55,959 nt of DNA from Octopus bimaculoides (lineage: Eukaryota): assembly GCF_001194135.2 (NCBI RefSeq), contig NC_068983.1:15668571-15724529 (forward strand), given 5' to 3'. The translations under genes were made by a program, and so were the position numbers. The notes under the pieces are model-generated. The model searched no databases, had not been told where the DNA came from, and saw nothing but the letters and a program-made list of their open reading frames with translations. Each line of letters opens with the position of its first letter. Position 1 is the first letter of the stretch. Shown here one piece after another: positions 1 through 13,442 of the stretch.

Positions 1-313
1 CCGGGTGTTGTGAGTGTTTATTGAGCGAAAACACCTAAAGCTTCACGAGGCTCCTGCAAGGGATAGTGGCAAACCCTGCTGTACTCTTTCACCACAACTT
101 TCTCTCACTCTTACTTCCTGTTTCTGTTGTGACTGTAATTCAAAGGGTCAGCCTTGTCACACTGTGTCACGCTGAATATCCCCGAGAACTACGTTAAGGG
201 TACACGTGTCTGTGGAGTGCTCAGCCACTTGCACGTTAATTTCACGAGCAGGCTGTTCCGTTGATCGGATCAACTGGAACCCTCGACGTCATAAGCGGCG
301 GAGTGCCAACAAC
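1..313 (+). mobile_element. tRNA-headed SINE family A (5' end cut by the window)
   Basis: Near-identical to 19960-20341; ends in (CAA)n. Confidence 0.9.
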
Positions 314-2609
314 ATATATACGAAATATTTTGGATACATTTCTATTTAATTAAACAGATGATTGTTATTATCATATTACTAAACCTGATAAAATATCCTT
401 AATTGTTATTCAATTAATTAGTTCTAACTTTGTATAAAGTTGTTGTCCTACTGAAATACTTGTTTCACGCTATTCACCCCCACTTCACCCTCACTTCTTA
501 TTTTTAATGAATGACAGGCATTCCTACCCCCGTAATCTTTTTATCATTGACATCAATCTTTAATTGTTGCAACTCCATTGTTTATTTTAAAGCTCCTTTA
601 TGACCTTACATCTCTTATATTATGTTAGCTGCCTAATTGTGTCAGCGTTCAATCTTTTCATTGCTTTAATCACTTCTCACTCGACAACCTTTTCTCAACA
701 AATTTTTGTGTTTCCCTTTTCAATGTTTCGATGTTAGTTTCTCTATGACACATTGTCAACACAGCAGTTTCTCTTCTGTATAAACTGTGTAGTTCATTTA
801 GCTAGACATCACAAGAATTTCTGTTTTTTTAATATATTTCCCCATATGTTGTAATGTTTTTGAAATTCTTGCTAACCTAGTTATTTATCTATCTTGTTTC
901 TTCTAATATTTTATTCTTGGTTTTATACTTAAGGTAAAAAGAAAAACAAAAACAGTTTGATTCTTTTCTTAGGTTTTATGTAACCATTAAGACAAGTCAT
1001 GCTTTTCATTCTTCATTGATTTAAGGAACATTTTCAGGAAAGATTAGATTCATTTTGAAAAGAAGTGATCTCAAAGTCTGATGTATATTTCTGGTTCTTT
1101 TATGCATTATTACTGGCTTTTAGAATGAAATTCTATTCAGTGGTTATATATTTTGTTAATTTATTCAGTCCTATAATGGAAGTATGGTGTCAGCATCATT
1201 TAAGAAGTTTTATATACTGATTTGATTTCTATAATAGTTACTATATTGGAACCTTAGCAAGGAACATGACTCTATTTGATTCATGTTGCTACTTAACTAA
1301 AAGCAGGTATAACTTGCTTCTTTGCATAAGTGGCTGTCACCAAGAATGAAATACAGCTATAAGTCACCTGATCCATTAATTCATGCTAATATTCATTCTA
1401 GTTTTGAACAGCCATCTAACCTTCTAAACAAATGTTCACTTTTCTTTTCTTTTGTACTGTGATTTTTCTTTTTTTGAGTTTCTCATATTTGCTTGTATTT
1501 TCTCATGATACAAATGTATTATTTATCTTTATACAATAGTAAGACTTGGTTCACATGAATCTTTCTAAATACATTGTTTATATATGATGTAAGGTGTGAG
1601 GAAGTATAATAACTTTTCTTTGTAAATCACTTTTGATTGAAGTAGTTATTGGTGAATTATCACTGAACACCACTGAAACAGTAATGCATTATTGCACAGA
1701 GAGTTATGGCTTCGTAATAATAGGTGATTCTTTCTTGGAAATGTTGAACAGACAAACAGAATGTGTGCATGTATGCTCGTGTGTGTGTGTGTGTGTCTAT
1801 TTTTATTTTACATCACAATTGGTTTACTGAATTTCTGATGGAGAGAACGTCAAAGTAATGTTGAATTTGATGCAGAACAAGCATTACGTGTGTCTTCGTT
1901 TGAAGAACACTGTTTTTTTTTTGGGGGGGGGGATCTTCTTTTTTCTTTCCTTCTTTACCAGTGTACATTCACAAAAATACATGAACACACACATGCGCAG
2001 ATTTGACTGGGTGGTTTAGAAGCTTGTTTTGCAACCACATGGTTACAGGTTCAACTGCTCTGCATGGTGTTTTGAACAAGTGTCTTCTACTTTAGTCTTG
2101 TATTAACCAATGCCTTGTGACTAGAAGAATTTGGTAAACATAAACTAAGCAGAAGCCTAATGTGTGCGTGTGTGTGTATGTGTGTGTGTGTGCATGCATG
2201 TTCTAAACTTTGTGTTAATATGGATGGAAATTCCAGTGTGTGTATGAAATTATCAACATTATTTAGAATATTGTTACTGAAAACAATTAAAATTTACAAA
2301 CTGTGTAACTTTTAATCATATTCAATCTTAAGGTTGCAATAGGCAGTGCTCCATCTTGTTTGCTAAAACAAAGTAAAAAAATTAATCTAAGGTACTCATA
2401 TATGAAAGAAATTGAAGTAGTTAATGAGTAGAGAAATGTACGCTCTGTAGTTGAAAAAGCGTGTATATTGTGAATAGAGAAGTGTATACTGAATGGGAGA
2501 AGTATGTATAGAGAGGTCTGAAAGTATGAACATAGTAGGTGAAGTGTGTACTCTAGAGGTGAAGAAGTGTATAGTCTAATTTAAAGGAAATTGTAGATGA
2601 AGAACACAT

Positions 2610-3696
2610 GCTTAGGTGAGGATTTTTTATATCAACTTGGTAAGAAAATTACTAATATATACATTATTTACATTCTACGGATATTTTTACTCATCTTGTT
2701 TGTTGTTAACACAATGTTTCTGCTGATATATCCTTCCAGTGTCTTGGGGAAATTTCAAACCTGGGTTCTCATTCTTAAGGTATTTTTCGATGTTATTATT
2801 ATAATTATTATTGTTATCATTATTAAGGTCACTTTTTGGAATCGAACTCAGAATTTTGGGGTTAGTAGCCGATGCTCTTAACCACTATGCCATATGCCCA
2901 TGGGCAATTATGGAGTAAATTTTAGGGCTTATAAATCTAATATTCTCCTATCCTTAATACCGGTTCTCTTATGCTATTCATATCTGTACTCGGTCTGCTT
3001 AGGAAGGTTAGGTTTAGGGTTGTTGTGTCCTAGCATATGTGCTGCTTCTTTTAGTTTTCATATTTTCCAGTAGTGTTCTGTGTCTATTATTTTACCTTCA
3101 TCCCGCAAGGGGAGGTGGTCTCTATTTTTCCATACATGATCAGCTATAACCGATTTATCAATATCTCCTCGTGTCACAGCTTTGCGATGTTTGTCTATCC
3201 TTATTTTGAGGGGACGGCTTGTTTCGCCTTTGTATAACCTACCACAGCTGCATGAGATGAAGTACACGCAGTCTTTGGTCATTTTCTCTTCTATTATTGG
3301 TTTTACTCGAAGGAGATATTTGCGAAATGTTGTATTACTCTTGAATATTGTTCTGATGTCATATGGGCCGCATATCTTTTGTATCCTTTCAGAGAGGCCT
3401 TTCACATCGGGTAGACAGACTGTGGACAGTTTTATGGCCTCATCCTCTCTCTTTTTCATAATTGAAGTGGATAGTATACTTTTGGGGTAGTTGTTGCTTA
3501 ACAGATCGTTATTGAGCTTGATCATTTCTTTGTGATGTGTATCACGATCGCTACTTATATTCTTTGCATGATGCTTTAGGCACTGAGCAATCCCTCTCTT
3601 TACACTGTTTGGATGATGGGAATTGAAGTTGAGGTATCGTCCAGTGAAGGTTGGCTTGCAGTATATGGAAGAAATGATCAAGCTCAATAATGATCT
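2610..3696 (-). mobile_element. Penelope-like retroelement 3' portion (RT C-terminus plus GIY-YIG endonuclease, then terminal region)
   Basis: Within ORF 3058-3783: YCKPTFTGRYLNFNSHHP (RT thumb region) and CVYFISCSCGRLYKGETSRPLKIRIDKH (GIY-YIG); continues after an in-frame stop as KLKEAAHMLG. Confidence 0.9.
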
Positions 3697-6380
3697 GTGC
3701 CAGTGACGTGTAAAAGGTACCCATTGGCACGAGTACCTTTTATGTGTCACTGGCACCAGGTACCTTTTACATGTCACCAGCATGGGTGCCTTTCATGTGT
3801 CACTGGTATGGCTGCCTTTTACGTGCTACTGGTATGAAAACATCACTGAGCTATGAATAATATCATCAGACCATAGGATGTATGTGTTTAAAGCCATAAA
3901 TGGTTTTATAATTTAAGAAGGATATCTCCAACTACATTCAAACTTTTCATTTTCTTAGGAATAATAATCTAATAAACAAGCAGCCAAAATTTACTACATC
4001 ATACAATACTTTAACATAACCTTTTGGGATGAATTTAAAAAATTACAATGGCAGTCTGCCAGGATACTTGATGGAAAATTTATTACTTTGAATTACTCAA
4101 AAATAGTTTCACTGGTTTCAACCAATTGCTAGTAGCTATGTTAGGTTGCTGTACCTTAAAACTTTACCAAATTATAAATATATTTTTTTATTAATTTCAA
4201 AGAGAAGGGTGCCTGATGGAAATAAGTTTGTATCTATTCATGCTCGTATGACTTTTGAAAGTTATTCTTGATAAATAATGTTTTAGAAAATACATTTTAA
4301 ATTATGAATGAATCAGTTAACATTTTCATCAAATATGTGCAACTGACCCAATGATATCAGTGAGCCTGTTGTACTTTTCTGTGTCAGGTTGAAACTTACA
4401 ATGTCTAATACCATTTTATATTATTTATCTAAATCTATCTAATTTGTTTATCTAAATATTGGAAAATCAGCTCATACACATCATATTTTTTGGCATACAC
4501 ATCAAATTTTTCAAACCAAAATCTACAGCTAAAAAAAGATAAGTTGATTTATACACCAAGCTGACCAAAAGTTCCATGTAAACTGCAACATAATTTGGGA
4601 AGATAATAATGTTTGAATGTTAACACTACATGTTTGCACTGAATGCTACATTGACATGTATACCAGTAAATATGGTGTGTACCATAGAAAAATGTGTTTT
4701 TAAAGAAACCAATTTTATAACTTTACCAATTTATCCTAATATATTCTTAACATAATTAGATCTTGCTGGTTAGCCCTTTCAGTTTGTTAGTAAAATATAA
4801 TCCAATTAGGTTTAAAGTACAAAGTGGAGTGACAGAAATGGTAAAACATCAAATAAATATGCCTTTTTGCACTTCATTATGTTTCCATTTTGAGTTAAAT
4901 TCCTTACAGTGTCATCTCTGCTTTTCATCCTTCCAATGATAATAAGTAACAGTCAAATACTGAGGTCATTATAACTGACTATGCCTGCTCTACAAATTTG
5001 TTAAATGTCAGTTTTGCATGCAATGGCTAATGTACTTTACATATTAGTTCATTTAACACTTATTTCATGATACATTTAACATGGTTATTGTTGTTAAACT
5101 CTAGTCAACCATAATAAAACAGGTCTGTTATCAAAGGTGTTCTATTCTAGTTACGATAATCTTATTTATTACATATCTACAATCATGCTTATTGTGTTCT
5201 GTTTTTAAGATAATAGGGCGTGATTTGAGGAAGATATGGTAGTAATATTTCTAGCAGATTGAGTTACCATGCAGAGGTTTCCTTTTTTGGCTCAAAATAT
5301 ATTTAATTCATTGATTTGGAGAACTCAGGTTTTTCATTGGGGAATCAATAAAGATGTTACAAGAGAGATTTAGCTGAAACCTGTTTATAGAAGCAGAGTT
5401 GAATGTTAACATACAAAACATATTAATAATTGGTTTTTCACAACAGGAAAATATGCTCCTTGTTCAGTATATCGGAAATGTATTACTGTTTAGATTAACA
5501 AGTCAACTTCAACCGATACTGAGATAGAGAAATAGCTGGTGTATATATTAATGGTATTTCCCTAAGTATTTGAGATATGTTATCTCTTCTGAGGTATAGG
5601 CTTACTTTATTCTGATTATATTGTTATCTATAGTTTTCTTAGTCATATCCACTGGTTAAATCATTGATGAAAATAATATTCTATTTTTGTCATCCGTGTA
5701 TGTTTGTTGGTCATCATTTCCTATGATAGATCTGCATGTTGTCTTTTATAAACACTGTGTGTATGTAGGTGTGTATGTGTGTGTGTATGAGATCACTTGT
5801 AAGAAGGACTTCTATATACATGATCAATTATTTCAACACTGTTCTTACATTTTCTGAGTTGTTCTTCTGCTTCCAGTTTTCTCTTATTTTCATTACTGTC
5901 ACAGGATGCCTTTAGCTCCTTAGTCTTTTTATAATCAATATTTGCTTCTTCATACTTCTCGACTGTAGTCTTGGCTCTTCCTAATTTGATTTGTTGGTAA
6001 CAAGTTTAAATCTCACAAATGAGTTACCAGTGGACTGAGAGGAATGTTAATGTCATACTACAGACCATCTAAACTACTACTGGCAGAACCAATGAGGGAA
6101 GCTCTTTGATTGCTTGACCAGCTATAAGTAGCAGTCAAATCTTCTTCAAAGCACTCACAACTGTCTTCAAAATAGAAGTACAAATTGGATAAGGTAATAT
6201 TAAATACATGAGTATTTTTGAAAATTTGATTTGAATTATAAGGCTGGTTTATTCTTTTAGAGAGATGAGTAAAACAGCATTGAACATTTTTTTTTTTGTA
6301 CTAGCTTGTAAGGCCAATGTAAAAAGGTTTAAAACAAGAATATATGATGGTAAATAGGAAGTGTAGGGTCAGTCTTATAA

Positions 6381-6766
6381 TACTCTTACTTGTTTCAGTC
6401 ATTTTGACTGTGGCCATGCTGGAGCACCGCCTTTTAGTCAAGCAAATTGACCCCAGGACTTATTCTTTGTAAACCTAGTACTTATTCTATCGGTCTCTTT
6501 TACCGAACCGCTAAGTTACAGGGATGTAAACACACCACCATCGGTTGTCAAGCGGTGTTGGTGGGACAAACACAGACACATAAACACACACACATATATA
6601 CATATATACGACAGACTTCTTTCAGTTTCCGTCTACCAAATCCACTCACAAGGCTTTGGTTGGCCCGAGGCTATAGTAGAAGACACTTGCCCAAGGTGCC
6701 ACACAGTGGGACTGAACCCAGAACCATGTGGTTGGTAAGCAAGCTCCTTACTACACAGTTACTTCT
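6381..6766 (-). mobile_element. SINE family D (CORE-like, internal microsatellite)
   Basis: Homologous to 27596-28006; head TGTGTAGTAAG...GGTTCAGTCC; GCACCTTGGGCAAGTGTC box. Confidence 0.9.
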
Positions 6767-6869
6767 ACGCCTATACTTTCAGATTTTAAAAGAATTAATT
6801 TTATATTTCATACTATCTTTATATATCAGTTGGAATAAAGTTCTGTTTAAAAGCTCAAACCAAACATTA

Positions 6870-8026
6870 TTTTGCAATTCAGAGATCCTTTGTTGAAATT
6901 ATTTACAAAGTGATGCAAAAAGCTAGCTAAGACAGCAAACCTTCTTGATAAGAATTGTAAACCAGAATCAGTTACCATCAATGGTGTTCAAATTTAAGAC
7001 AATCAGTGAGTTTGTAAATTGGCTTAATAAACTTGGAAAAACCATTTAAATTCAATTCAAAGCAATCTTTCAGCATGCAGAAGGGATAGATTATGAAAAG
7101 TTATTTACAGCTTGTACCTATGTGTAAAATATATATATGTCAGTATATGTTTTTAAGAAAATGATGGATAGGTTCTGTAATTTACACTGTATACACTAGT
7201 TCCACTTTGTGTATACAGTGTGTTTTCTATAGTCAACAATGATGTCAAATACATAGCCGATCATGTGCTCTTATTTGGTTTCACAGGAATATAAATTAGG
7301 ACATATTTAATGCTGACCAACATCAAATATATTTGTTTTATTCAGCCAGGATCAGCTTGGTTGGATCATTTTCACAAATATCCAAAGCTGTTTGAACAAG
7401 TCAAGCCTTTTATTATAAATCTCCCGACATCTTACTTGACTGGAAAGGGGTTTTCCCTTGTCCTCCACTCGTTCACGAAGCAGCAGAAGCATTTGAACCT
7501 CGATAACAATGCTGATTTGAGAATTTGCTGGAGTCAAAAAGAGCCAAGGATTTCTCAGCTTGTGGATAAAAAGCAAGCCCAAGGGTCTCATTGAAGGTTT
7601 CTTGACGTTTTTCCCGGCAACTTGTTGCTGACATTTTAAAGTTAATTCAATTTGTTATATTCCCTCAAACATTTACATGACCTTTTGTACTGATCCCAAC
7701 TTCACTCCTCACATTTTTTGAATTTACCCTTCACCTTGTTATATTTTAACTGTACAGCTTTTTTTCTGAATAAAAGGGGGGTGTTTTCCATGACCTTTTC
7801 TATTCGATTCTATCAAATAAAGCTTCCTTGAGAATCATGTGCATTTGCAAATTGATTTTATTATTGGTGTTCTCAGTTATTTGTTCTCTGTGATGTCCCT
7901 TACAACAATGAAAAAGGAACTTTCATTGCAAAGTGAAAATGATATTAATATTTATGAGTAGCAGTTCTTTTATAATAAATAAAAAATTTGAGGTGGTCCA
8001 CAGCAAAAAAAGGTTGGGAACTCCTG
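6870..8026 (+). mobile_element. hAT (Buster/Charlie-like) transposon right end
   Basis: ORF 7310-7594 has the hAT C-terminal dimerisation pattern (YPKL...LPTSYL...GFS...QAQGSH*); hAT-type TIR AGGTTGGGAACTCCTG at 8011-8026; left end not found. Confidence 0.8.
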
Positions 8027-8277
8027 GTATACATGGTCATATGCTATATCTCCTTCAAATCACACTTTACTGTCTTAAAAAGGAGGAATACATTAGTTAA
8101 AATATGGAATAATCATAGCTAGGATACCTGGTCATAGATCAGGGCTGATTAGGGGTTAAATAACATCAACAACAATAACAACAAAAATAAATTGAATAAT
8201 GAATTATTACCATAGATAATACAAGGTGTGCATGTGTGTGTGAAACATACATACTGAAAGGTAATATTGTAAGAATA

Positions 8278-8444
8278 TCAAAACGGTGTATTTTATGTGC
8301 CACCCGCACAAGAGCCAGTCCAGAGGCACTGGCAACGATCTCGCTCGAAAATCCCTGACATGTGTAAGGATTTTCGAGCGAGATCGTTGCCAGTGCCCCT
8401 GGACTGGCTCTTGTGTGGGTGGCACATAAAATACACCATTTTGA
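8278..8444. repeat. Fold-back made of RTE 3'-UTR sequence
   Basis: 77-bp arms with 3 mismatches; 13-nt spacer CTGACATGTGTAA. Confidence 0.92.
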
Positions 8445-8492
8445 GCGTGGCCGTTGCCAGTACTATAGCCTCGGGCCGACCAAAGCCTTGTG

Positions 8493-9256
8493 NNNNNNNN
8501 NNNNNNNNNNNNNNNNNNNNNNNNNNNNNNNNNNNNNNNNNNNNNNNNNNNNNNNNNNNNNNNNNNNNNNNNNNNNNNNNNNNNNNNNNNNNNNNNNNNN
8601 NNNNNNNNNNNNNNNNNNNNNNNNNNNNNNNNNNNNNNNNNNNNNNNNNNNNNNNNNNNNNNNNNNNNNNNNNNNNNNNNNNNNNNNNNNNNNNNNNNNN
8701 NNNNNNNNNNNNNNNNNNNNNNNNNNNNNNNNNNNNNNNNNNNNNNNNNNNNNNNNNNNNNNNNNNNNNNNNNNNNNNNNNNNNNNNNNNNNNNNNNNNN
8801 NNNNNNNNNNNNNNNNNNNNNNNNNNNNNNNNNNNNNNNNNNNNNNNNNNNNNNNNNNNNNNNNNNNNNNNNNNNNNNNNNNNNNNNNNNNNNNNNNNNN
8901 NNNNNNNNNNNNNNNNNNNNNNNNNNNNNNNNNNNNNNNNNNNNNNNNNNNNNNNNNNNNNNNNNNNNNNNNNNNNNNNNNNNNNNNNNNNNNNNNNNNN
9001 NNNNNNNNNNNNNNNNNNNNNNNNNNNNNNNNNNNNNNNNNNNNNNNNNNNNNNNNNNNNNNNNNNNNNNNNNNNNNNNNNNNNNNNNNNNNNNNNNNNN
9101 NNNNNNNNNNNNNNNNNNNNNNNNNNNNNNNNNNNNNNNNNNNNNNNNNNNNNNNNNNNNNNNNNNNNNNNNNNNNNNNNNNNNNNNNNNNNNNNNNNNN
9201 NNNNNNNNNNNNNNNNNNNNNNNNNNNNNNNNNNNNNNNNNNNNNNNNNNNNNNNN
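8493..9256. other. Assembly gap
   Basis: N-run. Other gaps at 14246-14400, 28680-28872, 29235-29457, 31035-31064, 47418-47706 and 49014-49697. Confidence 1.
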
Positions 9257-10309
9257 GCTTGACAACTGATGCTGGTGTGTTTACGTCCCCGTGACTTAGC
9301 AGTTCGGCAAAAGAGACCGATAGAATAAGTACTAGGCTTACAAAGAATAAGTCCTGGGGTCGATTTGCTCGACTAAAGGTGGTGCCCCAGCATGGCCACA
9401 GTCAAATGACTGAAACAAGTAAAACAGTAAAGGCTGCCACCAGTCAAGGTTGATCATACATCTATACGTGATTGTACTGGCTTGGAAAATATTTTTTTAA
9501 GGAAGACTAACAGTGGTTCATGCATGCAAGGCCTCTCCTCTCCATGATACTGATGTTTATCCAAAGGAAAGGCTGCTAACTTGGGCCAATCAAGTTTGGC
9601 ATCAGTGTGATCATAGGCATTACTGTCAGAAGGCAAAGAGCCAGAGCAGATACTGCATGGCATCTTGCCTAACCTCTAGCAGTTCCACCAATCCTCTGAT
9701 TAAGAGTGCAGAGAGTTGGAACAAATACCACAAGGCATTCTATCCGATGCTCTAACAACTCTGCTAGTTCAACACTTACTGCCTCTTATTGCTACTGCTC
9801 AGTTACCTTTTATTACTGTTAACTACTCAAATGTTTGCTTGTAATGTTAAGTTATGGCTTATTCAAGGCAACCCAGTTTGCTATAAACGTTAAGCCTTAC
9901 ACATTGATCTTGCATGTAACCTCACATTGCCAAAACTGCATTCCTAACATTAGATTTTTTTAGAATGAGAAAACACTTCAGTTCTGATCAGTCTTTGGTT
10001 GTTGACAAAGCCCAAATGTGACCCACATTACATGAAAGACTGTGCTGATGTTATACACACTAACTACATTCCCAAAATTGCTATCTGACTGATTGGTGGA
10101 AACACATTCACCACAACACTACAAGTATTAGAATACTGTTGTACTGTTTCTGCTCCTTGTCTCCTCTACAAGAATTTTCTCTCCTAAAATTGTTAGACAG
10201 TGAGAAGTGTACCACTTCCACCAAAGCCCACCTGCTACAGCCCAATTTCTTCTCACCATTCTTTTTGTGCTCTGCCCATTCCAAACCTTGTGCTAAATGC
10301 TATGATTAA

Positions 10310-10530
10310 TCCTTTAGCATTCAAAGCAGTCATATCTGGCCCAAAATGTTCTACCTGTTTTATTTTCAGACTGGCCAGATTCTGCCTCTCACACCTACCT
10401 GACAATGTCATTCAAATCATAAACAGTCACATCATAGAAATCTCAAAGCTACAAGTTAATGCAAGATTAATTAAAAAGAATGTGAATGAATATGCATTAC
10501 ATTTGACAGGGTAATCTGAATGCCAAAAGG
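10310..10530. mobile_element. piggyBac-type MITE, copy 1
   Basis: TTAA on both sides; degenerate TIR (T/C)CCTTTAGCATTC; internal sequence clearly homologous to 17762-17981. Confidence 0.8.
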
Positions 10531-10979
10531 TTAATCTTTCTACTCCGGAACTGTATCTGCTAGAACTCCTTTCTCCAGCCTCATACTTTTTCCTACAGAA
10601 ACTCAAACATCAACCATAGCAAATTCCCCAATCTGGGAAGATCCATAACTATCCTAAGCAACTATCCTACTCCTCCAATGAAATATTAAAACTTTGAAGT
10701 AGTAATTGGCTCGTGAAACACCATCCTTGTTTACATAGATTTCTGTGAAAATACTGCAATAAAGTTTAACATTAAATGGATCCATTGTCATCATCAATAC
10801 AATTGTACACCATTACAGTCATACTTTTCACCACCACTACAAGTAGTGTTGTTGCTTTAACAACCATTATTCTATGCAGGCATAGGTTGGACATATTAAT
10901 GAGATGGGTTGTTTGCACAGTAATTCACTAACAAAAGTATGTACACAGATACACAATCTCTCTTTCTTTCACCTACATG

Positions 10980-11128
<149 letters not shown>

Positions 11129-11965
11129 ATGCACAAACAAAACCGGTAACATGGCCAGGGTAATTAAAATTAACGAAATAAATAACTCATTATTTAAATG
11201 TTGTGTCTATAAGAATGTCTTGTTTTCTATTTTACATTTTGCATATATATTGGGTGGTTCTGTAAATGTGGATATTTACAGCAATTGCTGAAATGTTTTA
11301 TGGTTGCATGTTCATTCAACCATGAAGTGGGAATGGTACCCACTTTTCAGCACAATAACTTAAAGCAAGAGGGAGTGCATACTATATATATCAGCATTGG
11401 CTGATAATCGTGCAGCTCCTCCACTTATTTGTGTTAGTAGTCAGTTTACGTTTCAAACTATATTTACTGACAATCTCTGTAAGATATTTCTGACTGTAAA
11501 TTTATCTTTCATGTGATAATTCTCTTTCTTGTTGTTCAGTGCTAGTGATCATGATTGCTTTCATAGTTATTCAACCACTACCCCACTAAACAATCCTTTG
11601 AATGTATGGGTGAACATAACAATTCAAAGTATTTTATTTTTTTGTAAGCATTGCTAGCTTTTGCAAGTTGCTAAAAGCACTCACAAGGAAATAAAATAAT
11701 TTATTCTGACGACAGTTTCACTTGATAAAATTTCTAAAGATAGGTGTAACTGTTTTTCAGTGGTAAGAACAGGTCATTAAGTATGTCAGTTGTGGTCATT
11801 GCAATGCAGCTGATTGGAAGATGCTGTGGATTTCAAAAACCATCAATGCTACCACATGGCATGGCACGTTCTCGGTTCTAATGAGAAACTATATCGACAA
11901 AACAGTAGTTTAACTATGCAAGGTAGGGTGTGTTTAACTCTCTGAAGCAGTATATAACCATAGGA

Positions 11966-12289
11966 GCACTACGTCGGATACGACGACGAGGGTCCCAGCT
12001 GATACGATCAGCAGAACAGCTTGCTCATGAAATTAACGTGCAAGTGGCTGAGCAATCCACAGACACGTGTACCCCTAACGTAGTTCTCAGGGAGACTCAG
12101 CGTGACACAGAGTGTGACAAGGCTGGCCCTTTGAAATACAGGTACTACTCATTTTTGTCAGCTGAGTGGACTGGAGCAACGTGAAAATAAAGTGTCTTGC
12201 TCAAGGACACAACGCGTCGCCGGGAATTGAACTCATGACCTTACGATTGTGAGCCAAATGCCCTAACCACTAAGCCATGCTCCTTCACT
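11966..12289 (-). mobile_element. SINE with a CORE-like head and the family-A 3' half
   Basis: tRNA head plus GTGTCCTTGAGCAAGACACT (CORE-like) joined to the family-A tail. Confidence 0.8.
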
Positions 12290-13009
12290 ATATAATCACA
12301 CACCCATAAGTGATAATTATATCAACCAGAGCTATGTGAAGCTGTAGATAAAAACTAGAAGCAAAGAAACTTGTGATGATCTTTGATGTCAAAATGGATT
12401 TTGACAGAATATGTAAAATAAAGATAAGTTTGAGAGCCATATTGAGAAGTGAGTACTGTTCTGAGCCCTCTTTGAAGGAGGGCCGAGCCTGAAATATTAG
12501 AACTCATCTCTTCTCACAACACACACACTTATCTCAAGAAATTTCATCATGTATAATCATAATAAACTGACTGAATAAACTGCTGCTATTAATTTAGATG
12601 TGTTCTGTATCTTCATTATAACTAGGCTGGTAAATAATTGATATCTTTTATCTCTTACTTGTTTCACTCATTGGACTATGGCCATGCTGGGGCACTGTCT
12701 TGAAGGGTTTTAGTTGAACAAATTGGCCCCAGTATTACTAATTTTTGTTTTTAAGCTTGGTATTTATTCTATCAGTTACTTTGACAAACTGCTAATTTCA
12801 TGGGGACATAAACAAACCAACACCGGTTGTTAACTGGTGGTGGGGTACAAATACAAAGACGCACACACATACACACTCATGCATGTACACACACACAATT
12901 TTAAATTGTAATTCACCAGAAGAAAACTTCTTTTCTTTTTTCATGATGCAATCAAATTATTCATCAACAAGAACAAAACACATCTGCAAAAGCTGTAGTG
13001 AACCTTAAC

Positions 13010-13442
13010 CCATTTGTCTTCCTTCTTTCACGAAACTCGGCTTGCAAAGACCTGTTGGGGCAAGCGAAAGCAAAATCGTGATAGCACTTGTGCCCAGCGT
13101 CGCCTTTCTGGCACTTGTGCCCATGGCATGTGTCAGGACTTTCGAGCGAGATTGTTGCCAGTGCCGCTGGACTGGCTCTTGTGTGGGTGGCACGTAAAAT
13201 ACACCATTTTGAGCATGGCCGTTGCCAGTACCGCCTGACTGGCCTTTGTGTGGGTGGCACGTAAAAGCACCCACTACACTTTCGAAGTGGTTGGTGTTAG
13301 GAAGGGCATCCAGCTGTAGAAACTCTGCCAAATCAGATTGGAGCCTGGTGTAGCCATCTGGTTCACCTGTCCTCAGTCAAATCGTCCAACCCATGCTAGC
13401 ATGGAAAGCGGATGTTAAACGATGATGATGATGATGATGATG
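13010..13442 (+). mobile_element. Short copy of the RTE 3' UTR ending in (GAT)n
   Basis: Aligns with 50270-50811. Confidence 0.88.

Noticed and set aside
3182-3490. 102-aa + strand ORF
   Set aside because: Antisense shadow of the Penelope ORF.
7310-7594. Domesticated ZBED/SCAND-type host gene
   Set aside because: Only a diverged C-terminal fragment next to a TIR; the upstream frame is broken.
8207-9294. Long ORFs full of X (also around 14.2k, 28.7k, 29.2k, 47.4k and 49k)
   Set aside because: Artefacts of translating N-gaps.
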